Translations under genes and position numbers: made by a program
Assembly: GCA_964473025.1 (NCBI GenBank)
Contig: CAYYMZ010000004.1
Coordinates: 1 to 53,195 of the forward strand
Reading direction: 5' to 3'
Source of the DNA: an uncultured Candidatus Saccharibacteria bacterium
Lineage (GTDB): Bacteria; Patescibacteriota; UBA1384; DTJR01
DNA: 53,195 nucleotides
Shown here: one piece after another, positions 20,031 to 28,391 of the stretch
How the letters are laid out: each line of letters starts with the position of its first letter
Position numbering within the stretch: position 1 is the first letter of the stretch
The notes under the pieces: model-generated
What the model was told of the DNA's origin: nothing
Seen by the model: only the letters and a program-made list of their open reading frames with translations
Databases searched by the model: none

Positions 20031-20107
20031 TAATTTTCTTTCTCCCTTTATGTCGGGTTTTATTGGTATTTACTCCAATAAAAAAACCCGATTTACGGGA
20101 AGTTCGT

Positions 20108-20135
20108 ATTATAGCACATTTTATTGATTTGTCAA
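20108..20135 (-). promoter_or_regulatory. Promoter of the SLT gene
   Basis: TTGACA-16 bp-TATAAT with extended TG on the minus strand. Confidence 0.65.
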
Positions 20136-20158
20136 GGGTATTATGGTAACATTCTCGT

Positions 20159-20491
20159 ATGGAAGACATATTTTGCCGGATGGTAAAAGGTGAAATACCG
20201 GCAAAAAAGATTTACGAGAACAAGAACATTTTGGTGATTGAGGATATTAATCCAAAGGCAAAAATTCACCTTCTGATATTCCCCAAGCGACACACTGCCT
20301 CCTCGATCAATCAAAACGCCGCAGACCAGGCAGTTGGAGAGGTTTTTGCTGCAACAAGAACTTTAGCTCGAAAATTCAAGGTTGAAAAATCTGGTTACAG
20401 GGTCGTTGTGAACCACGGATCCGATGCGGGACAGAGCGTAAGTCATATTCATTTTCATTTTTTAGCAGGAGAAAAATTAAAAGACATATAG
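20159..20491 (+). CDS. HIT family (histidine triad) protein
   Basis: IFC, DINP, H.LIFPKRH, AGQSVSHIHFHFL. Confidence 0.93.
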   Translation: MEDIFCRMVKGEIPAKKIYENKNILVIEDINPKAKIHLLIFPKRHTASSINQNAADQAVGEVFAATRTLARKFKVEKSGYRVVVNHGSDAGQSVSHIHFHFLAGEKLKDI

Positions 20492-20500
20492 CAGAAAGAG

Positions 20501-20692
20501 GTGAAAGTTTTGATCAAGAGATCCGAAAGTCCAGATGTAACTATCAGAAGATTTTTCAGAGAAGTACAATTAAGCGGTATCCTCACTGAAGCCAAAAAGA
20601 GAAGATATCGCGAAAAAGAACCTTCGAGGCAGAAGAAAAGAGATGCTGCCAAGAGAAAGGCAATTAGAAATGAGTTCAAGCGAGGCTGGTAA
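20501..20692 (+). CDS. rpsU: 30S ribosomal protein S21
   Basis: ES...IRRF...GIL.E.KKRRYREKEPS; basic 63-aa protein in HIT-rpsU-yqeY context. Confidence 0.85.
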   Translation: MKVLIKRSESPDVTIRRFFREVQLSGILTEAKKRRYREKEPSRQKKRDAAKRKAIRNEFKRGW

Positions 20693-20804
20693 AATCAATC
20701 GTATTTTAGCGGTTCTGATTTACGTTGCTGCAATAGTTGCTATTGCAGCAGTAGTTTATTATCTTACGCGACAAAACGTCTCTACGTTTTCAATTAGCAT
20801 GTAA
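20670..20804 (+). CDS. Candidate 44-aa single-TM small protein (below the ORF-track cutoff)
   Basis: MSSSEAGKINRILAVLIYVAAIVAIAAVVYYLTRQNVSTFSISM; overlaps the rpsU end and stops 4 nt before the yqeY ATG. Confidence 0.45.
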   Translation: MSSSEAGKINRILAVLIYVAAIVAIAAVVYYLTRQNVSTFSISM

Positions 20805-20808
20805 AAAT

Positions 20809-21240
20809 ATGATTATAGACAAAATCAATTCTCAAATAATTGACGACTACAAAAGCGGAAACAGTGATCGCAGGGTTCTTCTTCAAACCTTAAAGGCATC
20901 GCTTCTAAACCGTCAAAAAGAGCTAAAGGACGGCTACACCAAGGAGGAAGAGGTTAAGGTCCTTAAGAACGAGCTGAAACAGCGCCAGGAGGCGCTAGAG
21001 CAGTTCGAGAGCGCCGCGCGTGATGATCTGGCACGAAAGAACCAGGCGGAAATAGACGTTATATCTCAGATGCTACCAGAGCTTATGAGCGAAGAAGAGA
21101 TCGACAAAGTTGTTCGGGAGAAAGTCGCTTCCCTTCAAGATAAGTCCTTTGGCAATGCAATGAAAGAAACGATGCAAGAGCTAAAAGGAAGGGCTGACGG
21201 AAAGATCGTCTCTGAATTGGTGAAAAAGTATTTGGTGTAA
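20809..21240 (+). CDS. GatB/YqeY domain protein
   Basis: KQRQEA.EQF..A.R.DLA...E..VI...LPE.MSEEE, MKE...LKGRADGK. Confidence 0.9.
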   Translation: MIIDKINSQIIDDYKSGNSDRRVLLQTLKASLLNRQKELKDGYTKEEEVKVLKNELKQRQEALEQFESAARDDLARKNQAEIDVISQMLPELMSEEEIDKVVREKVASLQDKSFGNAMKETMQELKGRADGKIVSELVKKYLV

Positions 21241-21243
21241 AAA

Positions 21244-22122
21244 GTGAAAGAGCGAAGATTACTTAGAAACATATTTTTGACGGTATTCGTGGTTTTAGTT
21301 TTAACGAATATTGTCTTTTTGGCAATTATTTCCGCAATCGAAAGCACCACTTGGCTCACCCTTTTTCTTTCGATAATGTTTGCCTTACTCGAGACGACCA
21401 TCATAGTTGTTTTAAACACCTACTATAACGATCTTTTAAAAATCGTTGGAAGAAATACGGTCAGGACGATACGACTCGAGAACTTAAATCACCCACTGCT
21501 CTTGAAGCTTTCAAACACCGCGCCGGGTACTTATAATCACTCTTTAAACGTAGCGCAACTCTCAACAAAAGCCGCTAGAAGCATTTCTCTTGATGAAGGT
21601 TTTATTAGAATCGGGGCATATTTCCACGATATTGGAAAATTGAAAAACCCGAGAATTTTTAATGAAAACGCGCCCGGAAATGACTTGAAGACGGATGATC
21701 TAAAGAAAATCTCAAGACAGATTATCGATCACGTTACGTACGGCCAAAAACTCGCTCGAGAATATAACCTACCTGACGAGGTAATCGAATATATCGGTCA
21801 GCACCATGGCAGCTCGGAGATTTACTCCTTGAGAAACAAATTAAACGCTGATAATTTTAACGCCCAATATCCGGGCCCCAAGCCGCTAACACGCCAAAGT
21901 GCAATTTTAATGTTGGCCGATTCTATCGAAGCGCGAGTTAAGGGTTTGAAAGCGATTACAGGCGAGAATATTACCCGTGCAATCGAGAGTGAATTTGCAA
22001 ATAAACTTGGCGGGGGACAGCTTGATTACTCTGGTCTATCGGGGCAGGAAATCAAAAAAATCAAAGAATCGTTTAAAAGCACGATGAATGCAATTTATCA
22101 CAGTAGAAAAATAAAAAAATGA
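21244..22122 (+). CDS. Membrane HD (HDIG) phosphohydrolase, short PgpH-like protein
   Basis: Two TM helices, HPLL..L...APGTYNHS, HDIGK, HHGS, YPGPKP, MLADSIEA. Confidence 0.82.
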   Translation: MKERRLLRNIFLTVFVVLVLTNIVFLAIISAIESTTWLTLFLSIMFALLETTIIVVLNTYYNDLLKIVGRNTVRTIRLENLNHPLLLKLSNTAPGTYNHSLNVAQLSTKAARSISLDEGFIRIGAYFHDIGKLKNPRIFNENAPGNDLKTDDLKKISRQIIDHVTYGQKLAREYNLPDEVIEYIGQHHGSSEIYSLRNKLNADNFNAQYPGPKPLTRQSAILMLADSIEARVKGLKAITGENITRAIESEFANKLGGGQLDYSGLSGQEIKKIKESFKSTMNAIYHSRKIKK

Positions 22123-22496
22123 TAAATTTCCTAGTTAAATCCAAAATAAGCAAACCCGTTTTGAGCATTAAGGAGATTGGTACTGAAATTAGCAAGCACC
22201 TTAAGAGCCGCAAGGTCAAGAACGCATTTGTTGAGGTTGAGATTGTAGGTGGCAGAGCGATGAGGGTTTTGAATTTACATTTTATGAAAAAAGATTATCC
22301 GACGGACGTCTTAAGCTTCCCACTCGTTGAAATTCCAGGGGAAATTTGCTCTAAAGCAAAACATATTGGCACAATTGTATTATGTAATGATATAATAAAA
22401 TCAAACGCGAAAAAAAATGCGAGATTAGAGCGCGATGAATTTATTTTCGTGTTGAAGCACGGTTTAGATCATTTGTTAGGAATTCACCATAACTAG
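22119..22496 (+). CDS. ybeY: rRNA maturation endoribonuclease YbeY
   Basis: LN..F..KDYPTDVLSFP, HGLDHLLGIHH. Confidence 0.88.
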   Translation: MINFLVKSKISKPVLSIKEIGTEISKHLKSRKVKNAFVEVEIVGGRAMRVLNLHFMKKDYPTDVLSFPLVEIPGEICSKAKHIGTIVLCNDIIKSNAKKNARLERDEFIFVLKHGLDHLLGIHHN

Positions 22497-22506
22497 AGGA
22501 GGTTTC

Positions 22507-23751
22507 GTGGAGGTAAGACCAATCGTTGGTTTAGACATCGGAACGACAAAGGTAACTGCTGTTGCTGGTCAAGTGCAGGAAGGCATGATTCAGATAATGG
22601 GAATCGGCAGCGCATCAAACTCAGGACTAAGAAAAGGTGCTGTTGTTGATATCGAAGAAACGGTTTCCTCCATATCTTCCGCAGTTGAGGAAGCAGAAAG
22701 ATCCAGTGGTATTCCCATTGAGACCTGCTACGCCTCGATCTCGGGAAATCAACTGATTTCTCTTGATTCAAAGGGAATAATTGCTGTCTCCCGCGCTGAC
22801 GGAGAGATTGCTGACTCTGACGTCGAAAGGGTCCTGGAGGCGGCTAAATCCGTTGCCCTTCCCCCTAATAATGAAATAATACATATTGTTCCTAAGATGT
22901 ACGTTGTCGATGGCCAGGCGGGCATAAAAGACCCAACTGGCATGTCCGGAATCCGACTTGAGGTACAAGCTCACGTTATTGGCATCTTGACACCGGCATT
23001 AAAAAATTTGAGCAAGGCAATCACCCAGGCCGGATTGGACATTGACGGGATTGTTTATAGCGGGGCGGCCTCTGCTAAAGGGTATTTAAGCAAAAAACAG
23101 AAGGAAATAGGTGTAATTTTAATTGATATCGGCGCTTCAAATACTTCGATCGTTGTTTACGAGGAAGGAACATTAATTCACTCTAAGGTTATTCCGGTCG
23201 GAGCAAACCATATCACCAATGATATTGCCATTGGACTAAAGATCGGATTAGAAGCTGCCGAGAAAATTAAGCTTCGTGAGATTAGCGCAGAAATTGATGA
23301 AATCAAAGAAACAGAAAAGGTTGACTTGTCTAAATATGATAAGAATGAAAAAGAAAAGCCAAACCGACGCTATGTCTGCGAAATTGCCGAAGCGCGCTTA
23401 AACGAGCTGTTTGGGATGATTAAGGATGAATTAAAATTGATTGAACGTGATGAAATGCTGCCGGCCGGTGCGGTTCTAGTCGGTGGCGGCGCCAAGTTGA
23501 ACGGTCTCCCCCAATATGTTAAAAAAACCCTAGGATTACCCGCACAAATCGGGCATCTCGTCTTTGAAGTTTCAGGCATTGTTGACAAAATAGATGATCC
23601 CGAGTACGCTTGTGCCGTTGGCTTAATGTTGTGGGGTATTGACGAAAGTCAAAACATAATGTCTAATAAGGGCAGGCCTAAGATAAGCTTAGGGAAAGTA
23701 GGGGGGGTATTAGATAGAGTCAAAGAAGTATTTAAAAATCTGATCCCTTAA
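22507..23751 (+). CDS. ftsA: Cell division protein FtsA
   Basis: [36 protein letters not shown]-terminal amphipathic helix. Confidence 0.96.
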   Translation: MEVRPIVGLDIGTTKVTAVAGQVQEGMIQIMGIGSASNSGLRKGAVVDIEETVSSISSAVEEAERSSGIPIETCYASISGNQLISLDSKGIIAVSRADGEIADSDVERVLEAAKSVALPPNNEIIHIVPKMYVVDGQAGIKDPTGMSGIRLEVQAHVIGILTPALKNLSKAITQAGLDIDGIVYSGAASAKGYLSKKQKEIGVILIDIGASNTSIVVYEEGTLIHSKVIPVGANHITNDIAIGLKIGLEAAEKIKLREISAEIDEIKETEKVDLSKYDKNEKEKPNRRYVCEIAEARLNELFGMIKDELKLIERDEMLPAGAVLVGGGAKLNGLPQYVKKTLGLPAQIGHLVFEVSGIVDKIDDPEYACAVGLMLWGIDESQNIMSNKGRPKISLGKVGGVLDRVKEVFKNLIP

Positions 23752-23752
23752 A

Positions 23753-24901
23753 ATGATTAAAGAAGACCTAGAAACATTTGCGACTATCCGAGTCGTCGGA
23801 GTTGGCGGCTCAGGTGGAAACTCAATAGAGCGCATGATTCAAGCCAAGTTAAAGGGCGTTGAATTCATTGCGGTGAATACTGACGCCCAAGCATTGGTCA
23901 ATAACTCGGCTCCGGTTAAGATTCAAATCGGCAAAGAAACAACCAGAGGGCTCGGAGCCGGTTCAAGCGTTGAGGTTGGCAGGAAATCTGTTGAGGAGAA
24001 TAAAGAAGAAATTTACGAGGCCCTTAAGGGGTCTGATATGGTTTTTGTCGGCTATGGTGCCGGTGGCGGAACCGGAACAGGTGCTGGACCAGTTGTAGCA
24101 TCAATTGCTAAAGAGCTGGGTGCTCTAACCGTTGGTATTGCAACCAAGCCATTTAGCTTTGAAGGTATCAGGCGCCGGAAGGTGGCAGAAGAAGGAATTG
24201 AGGAACTTCGCGAAAAGGTTGATACCTTAATTGTCATTCCAAACGACCGTCTTTTACAGGTAATTGATAAAAAAACGTCCTTAACCGATGCATTCTCGGT
24301 TGTTGACGACATTTTGAGACAAGGTGTTCAGGGTATTTCCGACTTGATCACTTTACATGGTATTATCAACGTTGACTTTGCCGACGTTAAAACAATCATG
24401 GCTGATGCCGGATCGGCTTTAATGGGAATCGGCCGCGGATCGGGAGATAACAGGGCTATCGAAGCCGCAAGAGCAGCTATTGAATCGCCGCTACTCGAAC
24501 TCTCAATTGACGGTGCTAAGGGAATATTGTTTAACATCACCGGCGGACCGGATCTTTCAATGTACGAAATTGACGAAGCGGCTAAAATCATCACGGAGGC
24601 CGCTGATCCTGGGGCAAATATTATTTTCGGATCTATTATTGATGAATCGATGGCAGGAGAGGTAAAAATTACTGTCATTGCCACTGGATTTGATGAGGGT
24701 ATCGAACAAAAAAAGATTTCCAAACCACAACCCGTTGAAAACCCCGTTTCACAGCCAAGCTACGTCCGTCCCGAACCAACCGACTATTCGGCATTTATTG
24801 AAAAAGAAGAGCAATCCCAGCCAATGCAACAAGAAGGGGCAGAAGTCGCTGATGCCGATGAGCTTGAAGTACCAGCTTTTATCCGCCGAAAATTAAAGTA
24901 G
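23753..24901 (+). CDS. ftsZ: Cell division protein FtsZ
   Basis: [29 protein letters not shown]-terminal VPAFIRR. Confidence 0.98.
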   Translation: MIKEDLETFATIRVVGVGGSGGNSIERMIQAKLKGVEFIAVNTDAQALVNNSAPVKIQIGKETTRGLGAGSSVEVGRKSVEENKEEIYEALKGSDMVFVGYGAGGGTGTGAGPVVASIAKELGALTVGIATKPFSFEGIRRRKVAEEGIEELREKVDTLIVIPNDRLLQVIDKKTSLTDAFSVVDDILRQGVQGISDLITLHGIINVDFADVKTIMADAGSALMGIGRGSGDNRAIEAARAAIESPLLELSIDGAKGILFNITGGPDLSMYEIDEAAKIITEAADPGANIIFGSIIDESMAGEVKITVIATGFDEGIEQKKISKPQPVENPVSQPSYVRPEPTDYSAFIEKEEQSQPMQQEGAEVADADELEVPAFIRRKLK

Positions 24902-24922
24902 GCAAAAAAAACCAAATGACCA

Positions 24923-24947
24923 AAAACACCCCGATAGGGGGTGTTTT
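24923..24947. terminator. Intrinsic terminator after ftsZ
   Basis: AAAACACCCC / GGGGTGTTTT hairpin. Confidence 0.8.
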
Positions 24948-25005
24948 AGTTCGATAATTGATATTGTCTGTCAAACTCTTTAATATTGAACTAAAAGAGG
25001 AATAA

Positions 25006-25344
25006 ATGGTTGAACAATTAACGCGCACTCCAGAAGAAGAGCACGGTGATGTCCCCAAAGAGGACAGTCGGACGCCAGATCAAAAAAGAGCTGCCTTAGC
25101 TGGTTATAGAATTTTATATCACAACACCGATAAACTTTCGCCGAGTAACTACAGCGACTACATAGCCTTACTAGTAGAAGAACAGAGGGATTTTCAAGCA
25201 AGCGGGCCACTAACGAGTAGTGAATGGGAGGATTATTTAGAGGTATCAAAAAAATCTTCGGGTGGAACAGCGGACGAAAATGAGATTAAGAAGTTTGTAA
25301 CACTGCACAGCAGATTAGAAAAATTTGGAAAGGCCGATAGTTAA
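25006..25344 (+). CDS. Hypothetical protein
   Basis: AGAGG SD before ATG; 112-aa ORF filling the gap; no motif recognised. Confidence 0.6.
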   Translation: MVEQLTRTPEEEHGDVPKEDSRTPDQKRAALAGYRILYHNTDKLSPSNYSDYIALLVEEQRDFQASGPLTSSEWEDYLEVSKKSSGGTADENEIKKFVTLHSRLEKFGKADS

Positions 25345-25354
25345 ATCAATTATC

Positions 25355-27070
25355 CTACCAGCCCCCTCCGCCGCCGCCTCCGCCGCCGCCGCCTGAGAAC
25401 CCCCCTCCGCCACTGCCGGAGCTTGACGGGGATGATGAGATCGTAGATGACATATGCTGCGACATTCCCGTCACCATTGTATTAAACGAACTCTCGTTAA
25501 AAGATGAAATTGCGCCCACGTACCATATAGGATGATATGTGGCAAAGTATTTTTCACCGTAGATGTCTTTCATTTTTTTAATCCAAAGCTCGGTCATGCC
25601 AAACATCATGGCATAAGGTAAAAATTTTTCAAATAGATTTTCTTTTTCAAAAAATCTTTGCCTGTATTTTTCGGCAGTATTTAGATATAGCTTAAAACCC
25701 AAAACCCGATAGTAGAATTTTCCCCCTTTAAGCGACCTCTTTGGCATTAAGAATGAAAATATAATAAAGATGGCAGACGAAAGAAATGCATTTAGAGCCA
25801 AATATCCCGAAATAACAAAAGAAATAAAAATACCCATAAAAAGCAAAACCCCTGCAACGATGAAGAGAATCTGTCCAACACGGCTATAAGGCATCAGGTA
25901 ATCTTTCTCCACCAGGTCGCGTTTAACCATAGATCCCAATCCCGCAATGTTTTTATAAAAATTATTTTTTAAATCTGACATCATAATCTCGTCTTTTGCA
26001 CCAAACAAATCTCCTAGAAGCTTTTCCTCGTCAGCCGTTATGCCCTTTGTTTTGCCTTTGAGACGCGATAGTTTAAAATCTTTTGAGGTAAACACACCTT
26101 TATTATCAATTTCCTCGATTTTTAAAGCATTCTTAACCGCTAGATCAATTATTGACGCGGAAATATATTGTGTTTTTAGAATTCCATCTGAATAAACCAT
26201 ACCCAGTGACATTGGGGAGAGTTTATCTGGAACATCAAATTCCGGGGCAATAGTTGGGTTAACTTTTGGGTCACGGCCAAATTTGCGCCAGATGATGTAA
26301 CAAAATGCGAAGACAAAAATCGTAATCAGAAAATAAAAATACTTCCCGTATATTTCAAAAAACGAGGGCTGATAGGCGGTTACGATACCCTTTGGGAAGG
26401 TGGCAGAAAGGGTTATGCCTTCCCTAGCTTTTAATCTTTCGATAGATTTTACCTGAATTGTCTGGTCGTCGATCCATTTTAATGTCGCGTTACTTGATGA
26501 CTGGCTCCCAAGCAAACCGGAATACAGAGAAGTATTAATATTATTTTGTTTTATACCGTCGGGAAAAGTAATATTAGACGTGAAATTATCAGTTTCAATA
26601 TCCCAATAATTTCCGTTCAGGTTCCAATAAAACTCATCAAAATCCGGGTTATTCGTACGGATACCGTTTGTAATCGAATACTTTATTTCGTAGTTGTTTA
26701 CGCCTTGCACGATTTTGTTGGGATCGCCGATTTTCCATGTAATCGTCTTGTTAATCCGGTCGTTTGAGGCCGTATATTTATAGGATTTACCGTTAAAATC
26801 GGTGATGCTTAAAAGTTTAATGTGAATATCTGTTTGTTTACCGGCTTCAGGAGAGTAAAAGGTAGGCAGAATCCTGAAAATTCCGTGTTTTTCAACGCAT
26901 AGCCCGCAATCGGCCTCTATCTTTTCGTCAATCGTTAAAGATGAATCTCGATTAACCGTTATGTTTGAATCAAAGTTCTTAATATACCAATAATCGACAC
27001 TTTCACGGGCAAATGATTTTAAAGGCAGAAAGAGCGCAAATAGAAACAAAATTAGCAATATCTTTTTCAT
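25355..27070 (-). CDS. DUF2207 family membrane protein
   Basis: Signal peptide, HGIFR, EFYWN, GRDP, GFKLYL, FEKFLPYA, C-terminal GGGFSGGGGGGGGGGGW. Confidence 0.92.
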   Translation of the reverse strand: MKKILLILFLFALFLPLKSFARESVDYWYIKNFDSNITVNRDSSLTIDEKIEADCGLCVEKHGIFRILPTFYSPEAGKQTDIHIKLLSITDFNGKSYKYTASNDRINKTITWKIGDPNKIVQGVNNYEIKYSITNGIRTNNPDFDEFYWNLNGNYWDIETDNFTSNITFPDGIKQNNINTSLYSGLLGSQSSSNATLKWIDDQTIQVKSIERLKAREGITLSATFPKGIVTAYQPSFFEIYGKYFYFLITIFVFAFCYIIWRKFGRDPKVNPTIAPEFDVPDKLSPMSLGMVYSDGILKTQYISASIIDLAVKNALKIEEIDNKGVFTSKDFKLSRLKGKTKGITADEEKLLGDLFGAKDEIMMSDLKNNFYKNIAGLGSMVKRDLVEKDYLMPYSRVGQILFIVAGVLLFMGIFISFVISGYLALNAFLSSAIFIIFSFLMPKRSLKGGKFYYRVLGFKLYLNTAEKYRQRFFEKENLFEKFLPYAMMFGMTELWIKKMKDIYGEKYFATYHPIWYVGAISSFNESSFNTMVTGMSQHMSSTISSSPSSSGSGGGGFSGGGGGGGGGGGW

Positions 27071-27252
27071 ACCTTTATATTAGCACTACCTCAAAAATTT
27101 TGTGATAGAATCAAAAAACGAAAAGCAATCTATTGCGAGAAAGAAAAAATTGCAATCATTTACGAAAAAGGTGACTATCGGATTATGACCTCGTATGATC
27201 CGGATTCAAAAGGCGTAAATTTAACCGTCAAAAATAAGCTCTAAACCTCTTT

Positions 27253-27285
27253 AAAAAGCACAAGGGCCGACGCAAGCGTCGGCCC
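27253..27285 (-). terminator. Intrinsic terminator
   Basis: GGGCCGACGC/GCGTCGGCCC stem with a T tract on the minus strand. Confidence 0.75.
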
Positions 27286-27345
27286 AGGGCAATTCCTCTA
27301 TCCCGAGGAGGGGTGCGACAGATTTTTCTGCGTCTAGATCTCGTC

Positions 27346-27585
27346 TCAGCGACGGAGACCGAGGTGGTTCGCGAGGCGCGCGTGGGCGATGCAGGCAGGC
27401 AGTGTCTGCCCGCCGCTGGTAAGTTCGACGTGAACCACGCCATCCCTCTCCACCGCCATCTGCAGGTCCGAAATACTGCGCCCGACTGGAGCACCCTTGT
27501 CGAACAGTGCCTTTACTGCCGACCCGACGCTCCTGTGCGTCGACGCAACCCGACCATTCAGCGCGAACAACATCTCTGCTGCCAT
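27346..27585 (-). CDS. GC-rich hypothetical protein (79 aa, MAAEMLFALNG...)
   Basis: Own promoter, GGGAGG SD before ATG 27585, own terminator; start revised from the track's 27678. Confidence 0.6.
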   Translation of the reverse strand: MAAEMLFALNGRVASTHRSVGSAVKALFDKGAPVGRSISDLQMAVERDGVVHVELTSGGQTLPACIAHARLANHLGLRR

Positions 27586-27649
27586 TTCTGTAAACCCTCC
27601 CGTGGATCTGATTACTCGACCGTCCTCTACAACTTGGACAGTTCGAAAC

Positions 27650-27678
27650 ATCATAACACAAATTTTAGCAAAAGTCAA
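27650..27678 (-). promoter_or_regulatory. Sigma70-type promoter
   Basis: TTGACT-17 bp-TATGAT with extended TG. Confidence 0.65.
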
Positions 27679-27726
27679 GATTCAAAGCAAAAACATCTGT
27701 GTTTTTTAGCTAAAATGTTAAAACAC

Positions 27727-27777
27727 TTGACAGCACTATATTGTGGTTTATAGTTAAATAAGCACAAGATATGGTGT
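27727..27777 (+). promoter_or_regulatory. nrdR promoter with two tandem NrdR boxes
   Basis: CAGCACTATATTGTGG (27731-27746) and GCACAAGATATGGTGT (27762-27777) fit acaCwAtATaTwGtgt, 31 bp apart, overlapping TTGACA..TATAGT. Confidence 0.85.
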
Positions 27778-27798
27778 TTTTTAATTTACGCTCAAAAT

Positions 27799-28242
27799 AT
27801 GCTTTGTCCCAGATGTAAAAGTAAAAAAGTTCAGGTTATCGACTCGCGCGACGTTGACGACAGAACCATCAGACGCCGACGTGAGTGCGACGAATGCAAG
27901 CATCGCTTTACTTCATATGAGCATTTTGAGCAACCAAAGGTTCAGGTTGAAAAACGAGATGGGACGACAGAACCGTTTGACAGGGAAAAAATAATCCAAG
28001 GCGTAATGATCGCTTCAAACGGCAGAATTACGGACGATAAAATATTTGACATTGCCGACGAAATAGAGCAAAAAGTAATAGAGTCCGCCGAAGCACAAAT
28101 TGCCAGCCGTAAGATTGGCAATATGGTTATTGCTCGTCTAAAAAAGCTAGATAAAGTATCATATATCAGATTTGCCTCAGTTTATAAAAATTTCGAGAAT
28201 CTTGATTCTTTTGAAGAAGAACTGGTAAAACTAAAGAAATAA
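27799..28242 (+). CDS. nrdR: Transcriptional repressor NrdR
   Basis: CPRC, VIDSR, IRRRREC..C, RFTSYE, ATP cone, YIRFASVY. Confidence 0.97.
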   Translation: MLCPRCKSKKVQVIDSRDVDDRTIRRRRECDECKHRFTSYEHFEQPKVQVEKRDGTTEPFDREKIIQGVMIASNGRITDDKIFDIADEIEQKVIESAEAQIASRKIGNMVIARLKKLDKVSYIRFASVYKNFENLDSFEEELVKLKK

Positions 28243-28250
28243 TTTGGAGG

Positions 28251-28381
28251 CCAGGCAGTAGAAATTTGACAAAATATTTATTTTTAAAACGAAGAAAAAA
28301 CATTATCAGAGATTTTATAAAATAAGCAAAACGAAAACAACAATAATTCTAGTGAAAAATAGTCAAATTTTCACTACCTGG
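28251..28381. mobile_element. MITE-like inverted-repeat element, copy 2 (131 bp)
   Basis: CCAGGCAGTAGAAATTTGAC ... GTCAAATTTTCACTACCTGG, GAGG on both sides. Confidence 0.6.
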
Positions 28382-28391
28382 GAGGGGAAAA

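Noticed and set aside
25358-25435. GCC/CCG triplet-like repeat
   Set aside because: It simply encodes the normal Gly/Ser tail of DUF2207 proteins.
27228-27753. Stack of overlapping ORFs (88, 136, 146 and 70 aa)
   Set aside because: These are by-products of high GC; only the frame starting at 27585 has a promoter, SD and terminator.
28243-28391. Possible cobalamin riboswitch before nrdJ
   Set aside because: No B12-box or GGGAA/GCCACTG core; the region is the AT-rich inverted-repeat element.
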